From the NCBI GenBank assembly GCA_965153455.1, contig OZ234493.1:12328213-12392212 (forward strand): a stretch of 64,000 bases of DNA, given 5' to 3'. The notes under the pieces were generated by a model. That model was not told the DNA's origin and searched no databases. It worked only from the letters and a program-made list of their open reading frames with translations. Below are positions 1-13,699 of the stretch, one piece after another. How positions within the stretch are numbered: position 1 is the first letter of the stretch; each line of letters opens with the position of its first letter. The position numbers were made by a program, and so were the translations under genes. The stretch is from Sphagnum compactum (lineage: Eukaryota).

Positions 1-7
1 TTCTCGA

Positions 8-1405
8 ATGACTGCCATTGAAAAGAAGCTGCCAGAGATGAGTGGCCAAGTTTCCCAAGTTCTTGAAGGGATGGATAAATTGAATGCTAAGGTAGAAGAT
101 TTCATGCAACAATTGCTAGCATGTCGAGAAGATGGTGTGAATGTGAGAATCCCAAAAACTGTTGCAGCCACTGTAAACATTGAAGAGGTAGATGTTCCTT
201 CAAGGACTGGATCCCGTGAGATTCTTGGTGTTGCAAAGAGCCTGCATGAGGTTCTTCATTCAGATCATGATGGATGAGGGTCAGGCACAACAGTGGTTGA
301 GAGTGCCACACAATTAGCTCCAAAAGCCGATCATATCTCTACAGGAAAAGGGGTGGGCCAACAAGTGGATGGTGTTGTCCCTTCACATGTCCCCAACTAT
401 GTGCTAGTACGAGACGATATCCCCAACTATGTGCTAATAGGAGAGGATATGGGGCAGAATCCTAATATGTCAGGGAAGGACAAAGAAGTTGGAGTAGCTT
501 GCAAAGGCGGTGACTGTGTAGATGAGAGCAACCGCCAACGCCCACCCTCAAAGGTATGATCTAAGTGCCCAACATGACCAACACATTAAAGTTAGAGTCT
601 ACGAAATGCTGTGGATTGTTCAATTGTGGGAGTACTCTTGCAGTGTATATCAAATGTGGCATATGTGTGGGATGTTGGGAATTGCACAAACTACATGGCT
701 AAAATAGGACATAAGTTAGATTGTGGAAGCTAGATTTGTTGTTCTTTCTGTTACAATCTAAAGATTAAGAACATACCCACATTGTTTGGGGTCTAGGTGC
801 ATACAAGCTTCAAGGGAAATCATTGACATGGTTTCACATTTGTATTCATTGATGGATTTGGTGTGGCAGAAAGTGCAAAAAAAGGCAGCAAGTATGCCAG
901 CACCTGAAAGAGGTGTGAGCAGTTGGCTACGCTTTAATATTGGTGCAAGGGTGGGGAATGTAGGCAAGGCAACAGGTAAGTTAATACCAACATGCTCTTG
1001 AGTATCAATGATTTATAACTAGGGAACACAAATGCCCTGTTTGACACAATGTTGTAACAAAAATTCCATTTTCCTAAATCGGTTGCTCATGGTAACTTGA
1101 ATGAAGGTTCTTTATTGGTTGATGTGCAGTTTAAAGTAGGGGAAGCAATTGTCTTATGTAACCTTGATGCGGAGGTTGTAGCGAAGGGGCTGATAACAGG
1201 TGTTGGAGGACAAGGATGTGTCCACCATGGGGTGCCAGTCAAGGAGTCATGGTTCCGAGTCCAGTTAAGTGAAATTGTGGCAGGTAAAGGCAACACCTCG
1301 TTGTTGGTGCCAAATGAGAATGATGATCCCCCACAATGTGTGTTAAAGGATGTAATAGGTTCAAGCACTGTATGGGAAGGTCGTCTAATGCGAAAGCATG
1401 CTTAA
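8..1405 (+). pseudogene. CACTA TnpA/Tnp1-like (ORF2) coding region, spliced, with an in-frame stop
   Basis: Last exon encodes VVAKGLITGVGGQGCVHHGVPVKESWFRVQLSEIVAG...LLVPNENDDPPQCVLKDVIGSSTVW, resembling the En/Spm Tnp1-like C-terminal domain. Plausible exons: ..553 (AAG|GTATGA), 870-975 (CAG|...ACAG|GTAAGT), ~1140-1405. ORFs 8-277 and 293-559 share a frame, separated by TGA at 275-277. Confidence 0.65.
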
Positions 1406-1819
1406 GTTAGGGGCACTATAGGTCGGGAGCTAGTTGATTTTTGAATTATAAAACTGACATATTTTGAGTAGTTATGGCCTTTTTTGGGTGTCAATGATAT
1501 TTTAGACATTGTCAGGTTTAATAGACCTGATAGAGTGATGGATTCCTGGTTGCTGTAATTGGAACAATGGCCATTAAACCCCATTGGATGGAATTTCAAT
1601 GTTATGACAAAGGGTAATTTGTTGGTTAAGTAACTGCAGATTTGTTACATGCAAAATTGCAAATCACAAATCTATGTGTGTAATATTTATTGGTTGATTT
1701 TTCAGCACTAGAGGAATATAATAGAGACCTGATATGTATAATGTACATTAGTAAACTAGGTGTAGGTGTGCTCCTAATGCTAATGTGGCAATGCTTAATG
1801 CTACTAATCCTGATACATC

Positions 1820-2800
1820 ATAACCCTAAACCCTAATCCTAACCCTAAACCCTAACCCTAAAACATATTTAACCTGTATGATGGAAAACCCTAACCCTAA
1901 ACGTAACCCTAAAACATAGGTCAGCAGTTGCATATGGAACTCAGCAGTTGCATATGGAACTCACCAGTTGCCTATGCAACTAAATCTAACGGTTGTTGTG
2001 CTGCCACGTGGCGCACTATAATCGGTTTGATGAAAAACCCTAACCCTAAAACATGGGTCAGCAGTTGCATATGCAACTAAATCTAACGATTGTTGTGCTG
2101 CCATGTGACGCACTATAAACGGTCTGATGAAAAAACCCTATTCCTAAAACATGGGTTAGCAGTTGCATATGCAACCAAATCTAACGGTTGTTGTGCTGCC
2201 ATGTGGCGCACTATAAACGGTCTGATGAAAAACCCTAACCCTAACCCTATTCCTAAAACATGGGTTAGCAGTTGCATATGCAACTAAATCTAACGGTTGT
2301 TGTGCTGCCACGTGGCGCACTATAAACGGTCTGATGAAAAACTCATGTGCCTAACCCTAATCCTAAAACATGGGTCAGCAGTTGCATATGCAACTAAATC
2401 TAACGGTTGTTGTGCTACCACGTGGCGCACTATAAACGGTCTGATGAAAAACCCTAACCCTAACCCTATTCCTAAAACATGGGTTAGCAGTTGCATATGC
2501 AACTGAATCTAACGGTTGTTGTGCTGCCACGTGGCGCACTATAAACGGTCTGATGAAAAACTCATGTGCTTAACCCTAATCCTAAAACATGGGTCAGCAG
2601 TTGCATATGCAACTAAATCTAACGGTTGTTGTGCTGCCACGTGGCGCACTATAAACGGTCTGATGAAAGACCCTAACCCTAACCCTATTCCTAAAACATG
2701 GGTCAGCAGTTGCATATGCAACCAAATCTAACGGTTGTTGTGCTGCCACGTGGCGCACTATAAACGGTCCAATGAAAACCCTAACCCTAACCCTACACGT
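1820..2800. repeat. CACTA subterminal tandem array, ~8 units of ~100-110 bp
   Basis: Each unit carries (AACCCT)n, the palindrome AGTTGCATATGCAACT and the palindrome GCCACGTGGC or a variant (near 2003, 2100, 2198, 2307, 2417, 2526, 2636, 2745). Alternating unit variants give a 219-bp period (2297 vs 2516). Confidence 0.9.
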
Positions 2801-4399
2801 GTTCGCATACAATTGGGTGAGCTAATTTGCATGTAACGCAGTGTGAACGCAACCCGTGTAATTGCATGCAGTCGCACTTACAACCGTAGGTATAGAATAT
2901 GGGTGGATGAAACCGTATAACCCAACCGTATATACTTGCTCATATACGTATTGTGACATGCAACTAAAAGCGCCTGCAACTGGTTTTATGCAACTAGGCG
3001 AATTTGCAGTTGCATGTGTCGCATGCAACTGAAAATGCAACCAAACCAGTTGCATACGGCAGTTGCAAAATGGCAAATTTCTAGTAGTGTTAGGGTTTGC
3101 TAGATGTCCCAAACATTTATGACCTTTGCAAAAACAACATTTTTGATATTAATTAAATTCAAGGTTAGGTTAATTTAGGTGGGAAGAATCATGAACTACG
3201 TATTGAGCAAATGAAACTCATTTTTTTTTGGAGTAGTTGCAAGCTATGGTGGCACACTTGTTGTTCCTTTCTAAACTTTTTGCAAAGTTTACTTTATTCA
3301 AATGTCACAAATGCATTGTAAAATCATCAATTTGAAAAAAATATTTATGGATTAAGATTGCCAACTTGAATAAGATTATTTGTTGAGAAGTGAAATTCAA
3401 TAAACATACACCAATCATGTAGTAATGGACTTTTAAAGTGAGCATACGGACTATGTTATGGGTTCTACATTAACATTCAAATGCATTTTTTGTTATGATT
3501 TCATCTCAATATTTTTTATAGACTCAATATATAATACATGATGGAAAAACAAATATGGGTTGAAAAAAATTACAACAAAAACTTTAACCAACAAATAACT
3601 ATGGACTTTTGAATGACCAAATTCGAACCTTATTTTCTTAAATCCCTATCTTGGGCATTTTTTATGTTGGATTGATATTTTTTTCCCCCTACAATATTTG
3701 TCAAAGAATTGTTTAAATAGGCAAAACCGTTTAAATAGGCAGCTTATGGATTTTATTAGTTGATTAATCATCACAGAGGGCCCACTCAAAATTGGGTTTT
3801 AACTATTTTTTTCATCCAATGTTAAAATATGGACTTTTGGGACTAGGACTCTTGTCCCTTTGAGCCACCTTAACTTGCATCTACACTTTGAAGGGGAGTG
3901 GAGACAACCATCTTTCAAGTTGGAGAGACTCAAATTAGAACATAAGAAATAAATATTTTCCTTCACTTGTTAAAGTTCTTAATTTTCTTGAGCTTTGATT
4001 TTTAATTCATAATTAACTCATCTAAAATCATTTTTGTATAGTTGTCAAGGATATGTGTCAAGTTTTGTAGTTGGGGTTCAAACCGACCATGTAAAATGTT
4101 TACATTTTAATGGTACATGTTTAGGGTTTAATCTATAACAATAATCAGGGTTATTAAAAAATATATGGAATTATGGTTTGATGTAGGGTTGGAAAGGGAT
4201 AATGTCATCACCTTGGATCATCAAATTAAAGGTATTTTTTCCCCTCCCTTTCATTTCTTTCATTCATGTGTGGTTTAATTTAATTGCAATTTAATTAGTT
4301 TCATGTAATGGATCAATATGTATAAACTACATTTTCTTGATTATGGGAAAAAATATTAAATCGACAAATGTTTTAATTCTATATGTAGTTATTAGTCCT

Positions 4400-4925
4400 A
4401 AATATAGGTACTATAATTGAAATGGGCCCCATGTCTAGTGTGTGTTTTAATTTTGGAATGTAGGTACTGCAATGTTGGGTCTTAGGTCCAATGTGTGTTT
4501 TAATTTGAAATGTAAGTATCGCATTTAGTTGCGTCTTAGGTCCAATGTGTGTTTTAATTTGGAATGGAAGTATTGCAAGGTTGGATCCCATGTTCAGTGT
4601 GTGTTTTGATTTTGAAATGCAAATATTGCAACGTTAGGTCCCGTGTCCAATGCATGTTTTGGTTTTGGAATGGAAGCATTACAAGGTTGGGTGATCCCAT
4701 GTCTAACGTGTGTTTCAGTTTTGAAATGCAAGTATTGCAAGGTTAGGTCCAAAGTCTAGTGTGTGTTTAAGGTTGGTATGTGAGTATTACAAGGTTGGGT
4801 CCCATGTCCATTTTGGATTTAAGTAATTGGCATGTGGATATTGTAAACAAAACATTTACATTTTTTGGGTTGTTAATAGTTTGGCATGTAAGTATTACAA
4901 ACCTAGGTTCCATGCATAATGTATT
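4400..4925. repeat. Degenerate minisatellite, ~54-bp unit, ~9 copies
   Basis: Recurring GTGTGTTTTAATTTTGGAATG(T/C)AAGTATTGCAAGGTTGGGTCCCATGTC; starts near 4440, 4493, 4547, 4600, 4709, 4761. Confidence 0.8.
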
Positions 4926-7900
4926 AATTATGCAAGTATTGATTAGTTGTGTATTCCACTAATCATGGTTTAATGAAGAAAGTGGATGTTGTAGGTGCAC
5001 ATTTACACCTTACAAGTTTATAAGCATGGGTTGAATAAATGGGTTTGATGGATTCAAATGTGGATTTGGTGTGGACTCCCAAGGTGAGGCATGGGGGCAC
5101 AAACAAATTGTCGATCGAAATTGCGTACATAACACATGCATGTGTGTGTGAGTTCTTGGAAAGCAAAGGAAGTGATGTGAAACTCCAGTCGAATGGAACA
5201 TGCAAAAAAACTTGCCCTCACAAAGGATATAAAGACCCCATCAATAAAAAAAACCACCTCGGCCATACTTAGTATAATGTGATGTTCCATTTTTTGTTTT
5301 AACTTTTCAAATGTCCTTCATGAACACATATGATCATTACCATAATAATGTTTTGTAGGTATGATCAGGATTGTCAAAACCGATGTGATGTTCCATTTTT
5401 CCATCGATCATCATATCAACATCAATCCAAATGCATCAATTTTGCCAGACACATCGGTTTTTTCCGTTGGTCCCAATGCACAAACCAACATTGACACAGT
5501 AAAAAATTTGCACCCGTTTTTACTGCTATTGTTTAACCTATATTTAATGTGTTTTTTGTTTGTATTTAATGACCACATATTTAATAACATCCTAACTAAC
5601 ACACATTGGGATCATCATTTGCCATGTGGTAAATATCGACAAACTATATTTGTGTGGATAGATCACCCCCTATCCAAATTGTGACTGAAAATGCACAAAT
5701 TTAGTCATAGTTTAGAAAGGTCACCCCTTATCCAATTAGCAATTGAAAATGGAGACCTTCCCTCCCAAGTCGGATAGGTCACCCCCTATCCAACCTGCGA
5801 CCAAAATTGGAAAGTTTGGTCACAAGTTAGACAAGGGACTGGTTTCACAAACAACCGTAAACAACCTTTGTAAACAACACCATAAGCTTCTTCTCCCAAC
5901 TTTGTATCCATATGAAAAAAATTAGTGGCAATTTTGAATTCATTAGACGCAAAGATGGTCGATTGAACTTTGAATTCAGTAAATTCTGTGCAAGTTCAAT
6001 AATGAAATATGTTTAGGACCATAGTGCCAAAATGGTTTTAGAATATTTGACATGATGCAATTGCAATACGTATAATTGAACCATTTGTGTGCATAACTAA
6101 TATACAATACAATTATTGGAAGATATTCCCCATGTTTTAATACACATGTAATGAAACAATAATGGAAAGCATAATTTCAATGATAATCTTGCATAAATCA
6201 AATTCATATTTTTCTCTTACTTTGTTGAATTTGAGCAATCTCATAACAAGTCTTTAGCTTGTGTTTCCAAAATATCCAACCATCGACAACAACCACAAGT
6301 AATACAATAATAACACCATTGTAGAAATTATAATCACTTGTCGAACATTTTTTGAATTTACAATCATCATAGAAATGATGTTAGAAGTTTGTTAACATGG
6401 ACATGATAATTTTGGAACAAAAAGTTTTAATCTAGAAAATGCATACTTGACTGTAAACCTTGTTATTAATTTCTCAAGCAACATTTACATTAATTAATGA
6501 AGAAAAAGAGAAAAGTAAAAATAAAATAATACCTACATATTTTTGTGGCTCTACTTTAAAGTGAAAATGACAACATAGAAAGTAGTTTAAAGTTTATGGT
6601 GGAAACACATGAGACATTTAGTAATTGCCCTAAATTAATGTCATTTCATTAAAAAAAATTCATGTGTTGGCCTTTTTTTTATCAAATAAGTTTCATTTTG
6701 TTAATTATTTCTAGAACCATGACATGAATTAACACTAAATAAGAATTATAATACATCAAAATATTAATCGTCATGTAATGAATTCTTTTAGTTTTATAAA
6801 ACCATTACAACACCATGACTATTGACAAGTGCATCCCAAATATATTTTTAAAATATAATTGACCTCATTTGACCCAAATTACTTTTGATCAAAACAATCG
6901 TATGCACCAGGGAAAGTAAAATTAAAACAAAGTTGTTCACAAAAACAATAATAGTTATAGCTATCATGTTGTTGAAATGAGTAATAAGGGTTTCCTTGGA
7001 GCCTGTATCAATAAAAATTAAAAACTTAAGAAAGATTTAGAAATAATGTACAATAACATAGTTAAATGTTTTCATAATACATGATTATGTTATGTTAAAA
7101 TGAAATACAAACACCTTAAATATGTGTATTAGAAAATACCAAAACACAAATAAGATTCTCAAAAGCACAAAATCAATTTGCACATTTAAAAGTTGCTTAC
7201 ATCAAAATAGCATCAAAAACAATAATTTCATAATCATTATCAACATTCATTATGTTGTTGTATCACATGCTGATCAATGTAAATGATGCCAAGGTTACAA
7301 GGTCAATGATGTTGAGGGACCAAGTGAAAGTGTTATTATCAAGTTCTTTACAACCACATTAATCTACATGTTGTTTTTAAATCTCTTCTCATCCAAGATG
7401 ACATCATGGAAATTCCATTATGTTGCATGATTTCCATGAAGGTTGTAAGGTATGCACTTATGAATAACATCTTGAAGCTTAGATGAGACTTCTATTTTAG
7501 GCTATCACCTAAAGTTTTTTTTTTTATGTTTTTGTTGAGGGGATTGATAGATGCATTGTTGATGTCACTTAGGAAAGGACAAATAGTTAGGATCATCATT
7601 GGAAAGTAATGAATGAAAAATTTGAATCATATATACAATACAAACTTTCTCTCCATCATTTCATGGCCCGAAAATGTTTCACGTTTAGGATGGAAATCGT
7701 AGACGTTGAGCTTAGTATCCATACATCAATGAAGTCCATGCATGTTTATATAAGTTACATGATGGTCAAGAACTTGAAGTACAACTCAACATGTTGAGGT
7801 CATGAAGACACAAATCTAGAGTTTGATAATTTTTTAGTTGTTATTGTAGAAATGGTGTATATCAAGCCAAATAATTGAACAAATTTATGATTATGATTAT

Positions 7901-10900
7901 GATTTATATCGCCATTGACGTTATGTAGGTGTTAGGCAGGTAGGTAGGAGGGAGGGTAGGTCGGAAAGAATGATTTGACAAGTTTAGGCGGGGAAAAGGG
8001 GTGTGGATCTAGTAGGTAGGTAGGTAGGTAGGTGAGAGGGGGGAGTTGATTCTCAGTGGGTAGGTAGTATGTAACTGGGCAGGTGATCTCAAAGTTGCGA
8101 AAAAAAACAAAACCAAAGACAAGGTCAGCACCAAAAAGGTCAACCAAGATCAACGCACATTCAACTACTAGATGAGAAATCCCACCCCATCCAGTGGACA
8201 GAATTCCCAACTGGTGCGCTGGTGGGGGTTGGTTCATGCTGGCCATTGTAATCAGCAAAAGAGTGTGCAAAGGGACGAGGTCCATAACTTGACCTCATGA
8301 CTAGAGTGTCGTCTGTGTGTCTCATGTGCTTGCCCAGTGTCTTACGACTCTAATGCACAATTCCAGAGATTGTCAAGTTGTTGCTTATATATATCATGCC
8401 TGGGTATTCGGATAGATTGCGTGCTGTATCACCTCAATCAGCTCTGACTGTTTACACTTATCTCAAGTACAGAATTTGCAACTTTGTTGACAAAGGTGCT
8501 ACCCTGGGGCTCTCTCTCTCTCTCTCTCTCTCTCATGTGCTAAACAGTGCTAAACCCCTATATGACTTCTTGCAGAGTTTAACAAGTTGAAAATTGCATG
8601 CATTTATCTTGTTTGGCGTATTCCAGAAATTATATGTTAATGCTGGGTGACGACAGCAGCTCTGACGGCAGCTCTGACAGACTACTCACATTTTATCCAA
8701 ATCACAGATTCCATTAGAGTGGTCTAGTGTCCACATGACTATGATCAATAATCTCACCCACTCCGCAAGTCACAACCAATATTGTGGACTGCTACCAGTC
8801 CCGGTATGAAAGAACCGACCAGACTGGTATGACCTGAAGCAATACCACTAGTCTATACCAGACAATACCAGAACTTGCCTGGTAGCGATTTGAGGTAATG
8901 TCAGTTTAATACCAGGGCTATATTGATCTCAATCCCAGGTATATATATACCTGTCACATACCAGTCAAAAATCAGCCTTGAACCCTAACACCACACCAGG
9001 ACTAGGCTGGTATGAAAGTTTAGAAAAAGAACCGATACCCATAAGATGCTGGTACCAAATTTTAAGAAAGATTCAATACCGGTACTGGCTGGTATATTGA
9101 AATACCCACCCAACACTGGTATAGACATTTTAACATATACTTCTCGTCCTGGCATTGGGGATTTAAAAAATGATTGGACCAGCCTGGTCTTGGTATTGGG
9201 TCCCTTTGGAAACTCTCATCCAAGTCTGGTACTAGTATTGGGTCCAATGCTGAATATTTCCTGGTACGAGGCAGGTGTAAACATAATGTTGGTGTAGGTA
9301 TAAGGGCAGGTATATACTTGATATTACCTTAGGTCTCCCGACCAGACCATTACTTGTATAAGGCTGGTATTGCCTTAGGTCATACCCGACTGCTATGTTT
9401 GTCAGTATCAGTGTTCATACCAGTATTGTATACTCATCAGGTTGTAGTCCATATGCTGATCCAACCTGATCACAACACAAAATTCCTATTGTAAACCATC
9501 TGAAGATTGTTTTAAAGTTACAATCCCAATGCCTTAATATAAGCATAGGTGGTTATGCTTTTCCCTTGGGGGCCCCATACTTACTGTAACTTGATTTCAG
9601 TATCTAAGTACATACTGATTCAGCTGCCACAATGTTGGTGCATGTAAGTGTCTCCGCAGTTGGGTTTTTTTTGTAGCAGAAGCCACTAGTTGCTGGTAAC
9701 ACTCACCCACTCAGCAGTGGAAAAACATCAAACAAACAGAATCATGGAATCTGTGGAAATCAAAGACCTAGTAGTATATATAGTCAGTCAATTCTAGTAA
9801 ATAAAACAGTTTTATTGATGTTACAAAACATTTTGTTTGCATGTAGTCAAAACTCAAAAACCCATAAAAGCTTAAGATCTGAAATCTAAACTAGTGCAGG
9901 TTCACATCCAACTTGCAGAAGTGGAGTCTGTGGAGTATAGGCAATTTTGTGCCCATTTTGGTGCCCATTTGTAAATTTGAGCTCACCCTACTAGGATCGA
10001 CCAAATTCATTGGAGGCAGCTCACAAGTCACCAGGCACACAAATGGTTTGTGCCCATAACTCAGCATGCTCAGTAATTAAAGAAAAAGTACACCAATTTT
10101 TTTTTCCCTCCATTGAATTTGCTCACAAACTTTCAAAGAAATTGGCTCATTCTTTTTTGAACATAGTCTGATACTAGATCCTGATTCCTACCTCCTTCAA
10201 GGAGTGAATGGACCTATCATTCATTGCATGCAAAAGGAACATAAAGTAACCAAAAATCTTAAATCATTTTCTACACAATTTTCATACATGAAGTTGGTCG
10301 TGAAAGAAGATGATTACATGCTGAAGTGCTCTCCTCCAATTTGAACCACTATTTTATTCCATTCAAAGAATGTACAACACATCTCAGTCCAAGGTTTTAT
10401 TTTTCCCCAACCAAAATGTCTCTTTTTCTCCAAAAAAAATTGAGAAATTTCTCTTTTTCTAGTATAAAATTTGCTACTTTTATTGAAATATTGATTTTTT
10501 TTGCCAAAATTGTTTATATGAAAAAATGAAAACAAATCCTTATTCAAGTCCATTGTTTAAAAGGAATTTAACTTCAGGAACAAATATAGGACTTTGATAA
10601 TAAAATTAAACACATTAAATAATTTGTCAGGAGTTTTAGCTTAGGTATCCAATTAGGTGGTAATTAGGCTAAGTTGGGTTGGTTAGGTTAGTTAGTTAGT
10701 TTTGAATCGATTCGAGTGTGAACGTGATTCAAAATATTTAATTTTGAGATAAAATGCCATGTGATGTACCATTCAGGGCGTAAAGTGTGTTATGTGTTGT
10801 GAGTGTGATGACAATGATAGTTAAAAACGTCGATATTGAAATGCACGACACAGTTTTGAAAAAACGTTTTCTAGTTGTACCTGTTGATGATGAACTTGTT

Positions 10901-11030
10901 ACACCTATTTGGTACTTTATACTTTCTCCTTTTTGTTAATCCCCAGAAAGTAAGTAAGCTTGCCCACAACAATTCTACAACATTGTGGGGGGATTGGACT
11001 TGGATAGTCCTTGTGTCTATTAACCATCTT

Positions 11031-11362
11031 GGAACAAAAGAATGAATTTTCTTTTTGGCATGTGTGTGAGGGTACAATACAACAATTTCACGAGTTGCGG
11101 GCTGAAAGCCTCTTGGAACAAAGGAATGATTTTTCTTTTCAGCATGTGTATGAGGGTACAATACAACAATTGCACAACTTGCGGGCTGAAAGCCGCTTGG
11201 AACAAAGGAATGATTGTTCTTTTTGACATGTGTGCGAGGGTGCAATACAACAATTTCACAAGTTGCGGGCTGATAGCCAGTTGGAACAAAGGAATGATTG
11301 TTCTTTGCGGCATGTCTGGGAGAGTACAATACAACAATTTGGCTTGTTGGGGACTGAAAGCC
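11031..11362. repeat. 84-bp tandem repeat, 4 copies
   Basis: GGAACAAA(G/A)GAATGA starts at 11031, 11115, 11199 and 11283 (exact 84-bp period). Confidence 0.9.
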
Positions 11363-11644
11363 CGGGGGGCTACTCCCCGTGTCATTCATCCATGGAATCG
11401 TGGAACTGAATTAGGCATGGGCCATGCCCTACTACACCTATGAAGCTGAATTTTATAGTACAAACCTCACACTCCGTGCATGTGCTTGGATATTATGATC
11501 TTTAAGTCGATCCCATTCAAAACGCAGTCAACTTGAGGGATGTAAGTTATTGGTTGGGCCAAGTGTAAGATATTAAGGAAGGGCTTTAGAATGGTCACTT
11601 TGTGATGGCCAAAGGAAGGCAATTTTTCTACCATTTTTCTAAGC

Positions 11645-11975
11645 CACTAAGTTCACATCCACATCACTATTTCGCTAAGTTCACAATGTGAAGTTGCAAG
11701 TTCACATTCCCAAACTTGCCAAAGTCCATTTCATCTTGCAGACATTGGGCACCCCATAGACTAAAAAAAATTGGTCAGAAGAAAATTTGGGCAGTTCACA
11801 GGATGAAGAGGACTTGGCAAGTTGGCAATGTGGACTTGATTGATGTGGAGTTGGCAACCTAGCAATGTGAACTCAACAACATAGCAATGTGGAATTGGTG
11901 ACTTAGCAAAGTGGACTCAACAACTTAGCAATGTAGACTTGGTGACTTAGCAATGTGGACTTTGCGACCCGAACT
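11645..11975. repeat. Foldback-like element built from ~21-bp GACTTAGCAATGTG units
   Basis: Right arm (11810-11965) repeats GACTT(A/G)GCAATGTG; left arm (11645-11730) has degenerate reverse-complement words (AAGTTCACAT, AAACTTGCCAAAGTCC). Confidence 0.5.
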
Positions 11976-13699
11976 GGAGAAAAAGTAAAAGTCAATTTGG
12001 CAAATTTGCCCCAGAAACCCAGTATTCCATACCAAAGAGTTGACTCCAAACCTTTTAGTACCTCTTGATCCCTTCCCCCCTTTTGGAGTCTTTGTACCAA
12101 ACACTCTATATAGCTGCTACTGGTTGTTCTGGCTAAGTGGCAAGATAAGAGAGGAGAAGAAGGAAAAGAAGTTTAGGTGTCAAATGCAGAACAAAAGAAG
12201 AACAAGAAGTTTTGATACATTTTTAGTGAATTCACAAAGATCTGAACTCTTTATGCAAAGGAGCACAAAAGTGACCATTTCAAACCACCAAAAGAGGATC
12301 AATCAAAAGGCGTAAAAAAAGTGTAGTCCCCACCCTTCTAACACCTCTAGATCTGCCACCCAACAGACCCCCACTGCAGAGGGGGGCGGGAGGTCATTGG
12401 ATCTGTTTCCTTTCTTTTTTTTGATACAGCTGCATACTTGAGACTCAGATTCCATATCTGATTGTACCAGCAGATGCAGAATTTCAGTGTGTCTAATTTG
12501 TGTTCAGGTTGTGTGAAGATCCAACCATTGGGTGGACTACCATTACTGTGGTGGGTCGGTCTGTTAAATGTTTTGCATGAACATGGATTGTATAGACCAG
12601 TGTTGCATGGGATAATTCAATTTGTTATTGACAGTCAGTTTCTGTTTTGAACAATATTTCAGAATCTGAGAACTGCTAGGCCCGGCCTTTTGGAGAAAAT
12701 CAGAGTAAAAGAACTGCCAGTCCCCTCTGTTTTGAAAACTTCAAAGAACTGGCAGCTTTATAAAAGGGCCAGAGCTTGTAAAGTGTTGAAAAGTGTTGTT
12801 ATATAGCAACTAGTTGGTTGAATTTTTTGAGAACCTCAGTCATGAACCCGCAGGATTGCCCTGGTAATCTCTGGGGTCTGTTTCAGTGTTGGCCCATTCC
12901 TGGGTTGATGAGAGTGTTAAACCGGATGGATCAGGTTCTAGTGACCTGGATCGTGGCCACCACCGTTTTGGTGGAATCAGCACAAAGCACTGGACGTGAA
13001 ACCAAATCAGCCTTTTGCTAGAACTGGATCTGAAACCTAAACTCTTGAATATAAGTTCAAGTTCTTAAAAGTAAAGCACAAATCATAATTCCGGAACTTC
13101 TCCCAAAAGCATAATTCTTTAGAGTGGCCAACTGGATGTGTGGTCCTACATTGATTTCGGTGTCTTGCTGGGATGAAAGGCCTCGCACAAAGTACCTCAC
13201 AGTCAGTCAGGTTCTGTGTGCGCCTTAGATTCATTGTTGGATTGCCTGGAGCTAGATTAAAGTTTTTCGGTTATATCGTACGATCAGAAATATCTTTTTT
13301 GTGGTTGATGAACATTCATTAATTTGGAGAAAACTTTTACCCAAACATCTGGTTGATTTGTTCGCAAGTGCCTATCTACGTAATAACCCCATTGGTGGGT
13401 GTTCTGGTTCATGAAATGCCCCGTCCAATTCAGGCTCATACGACAGGAGGCTCCACCATATTGGCGTACATTGATCATTACACGGAGTAATGTTGTGGCA
13501 ACAGGGCATTACAACTTGGCTCTCAACAGAAAACTGTGTATTCATACTAGTTATCATCCATCCTTTATGGTGCACTGGTGGGTGCTGGTTCACTTTAAGC
13601 TTTAATGGTCCAGTTCCAGCATTGAAAGCGGGCCTTCGGTCTCCCAGCTTAAGGCTTTTCCAATTTCAAATTGTAAAAAGTTGCCAGCATCTTTAGTTT

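Larger units (their letters stand above)
1..3089 (+). mobile_element. CACTA (En/Spm) DNA transposon, right part; left end lies outside the window
   Basis: Ends ...GTTGCAAAATGGCAAATTTCTAGTAGTG at 3089, whose reverse complement starts CACTACTAGAAA (CACTA terminus). Preceded by a subterminal repeat array (~1820-2800) and a TnpA-like ORF. Candidate 3-bp TSD half is TTA (3090-3092). Confidence 0.85.

Noticed and set aside
1820..2800. CRISPR-like look (regular palindromic repeats) and repeated 60-71 aa ORFs
   Set aside because: The intervening sequence is repeated too (no unique spacers), no cas genes, eukaryotic context; the ORFs are by-products of the tandem array.
4960..7900. AT-rich stretch that may be a decayed transposon
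   Set aside because: No diagnostic motif recovered by eye.
13037..13600. Several short minus-strand ORFs with protein-like composition
   Set aside because: Could not assign any family or a consistent splice structure; needs BLASTX.
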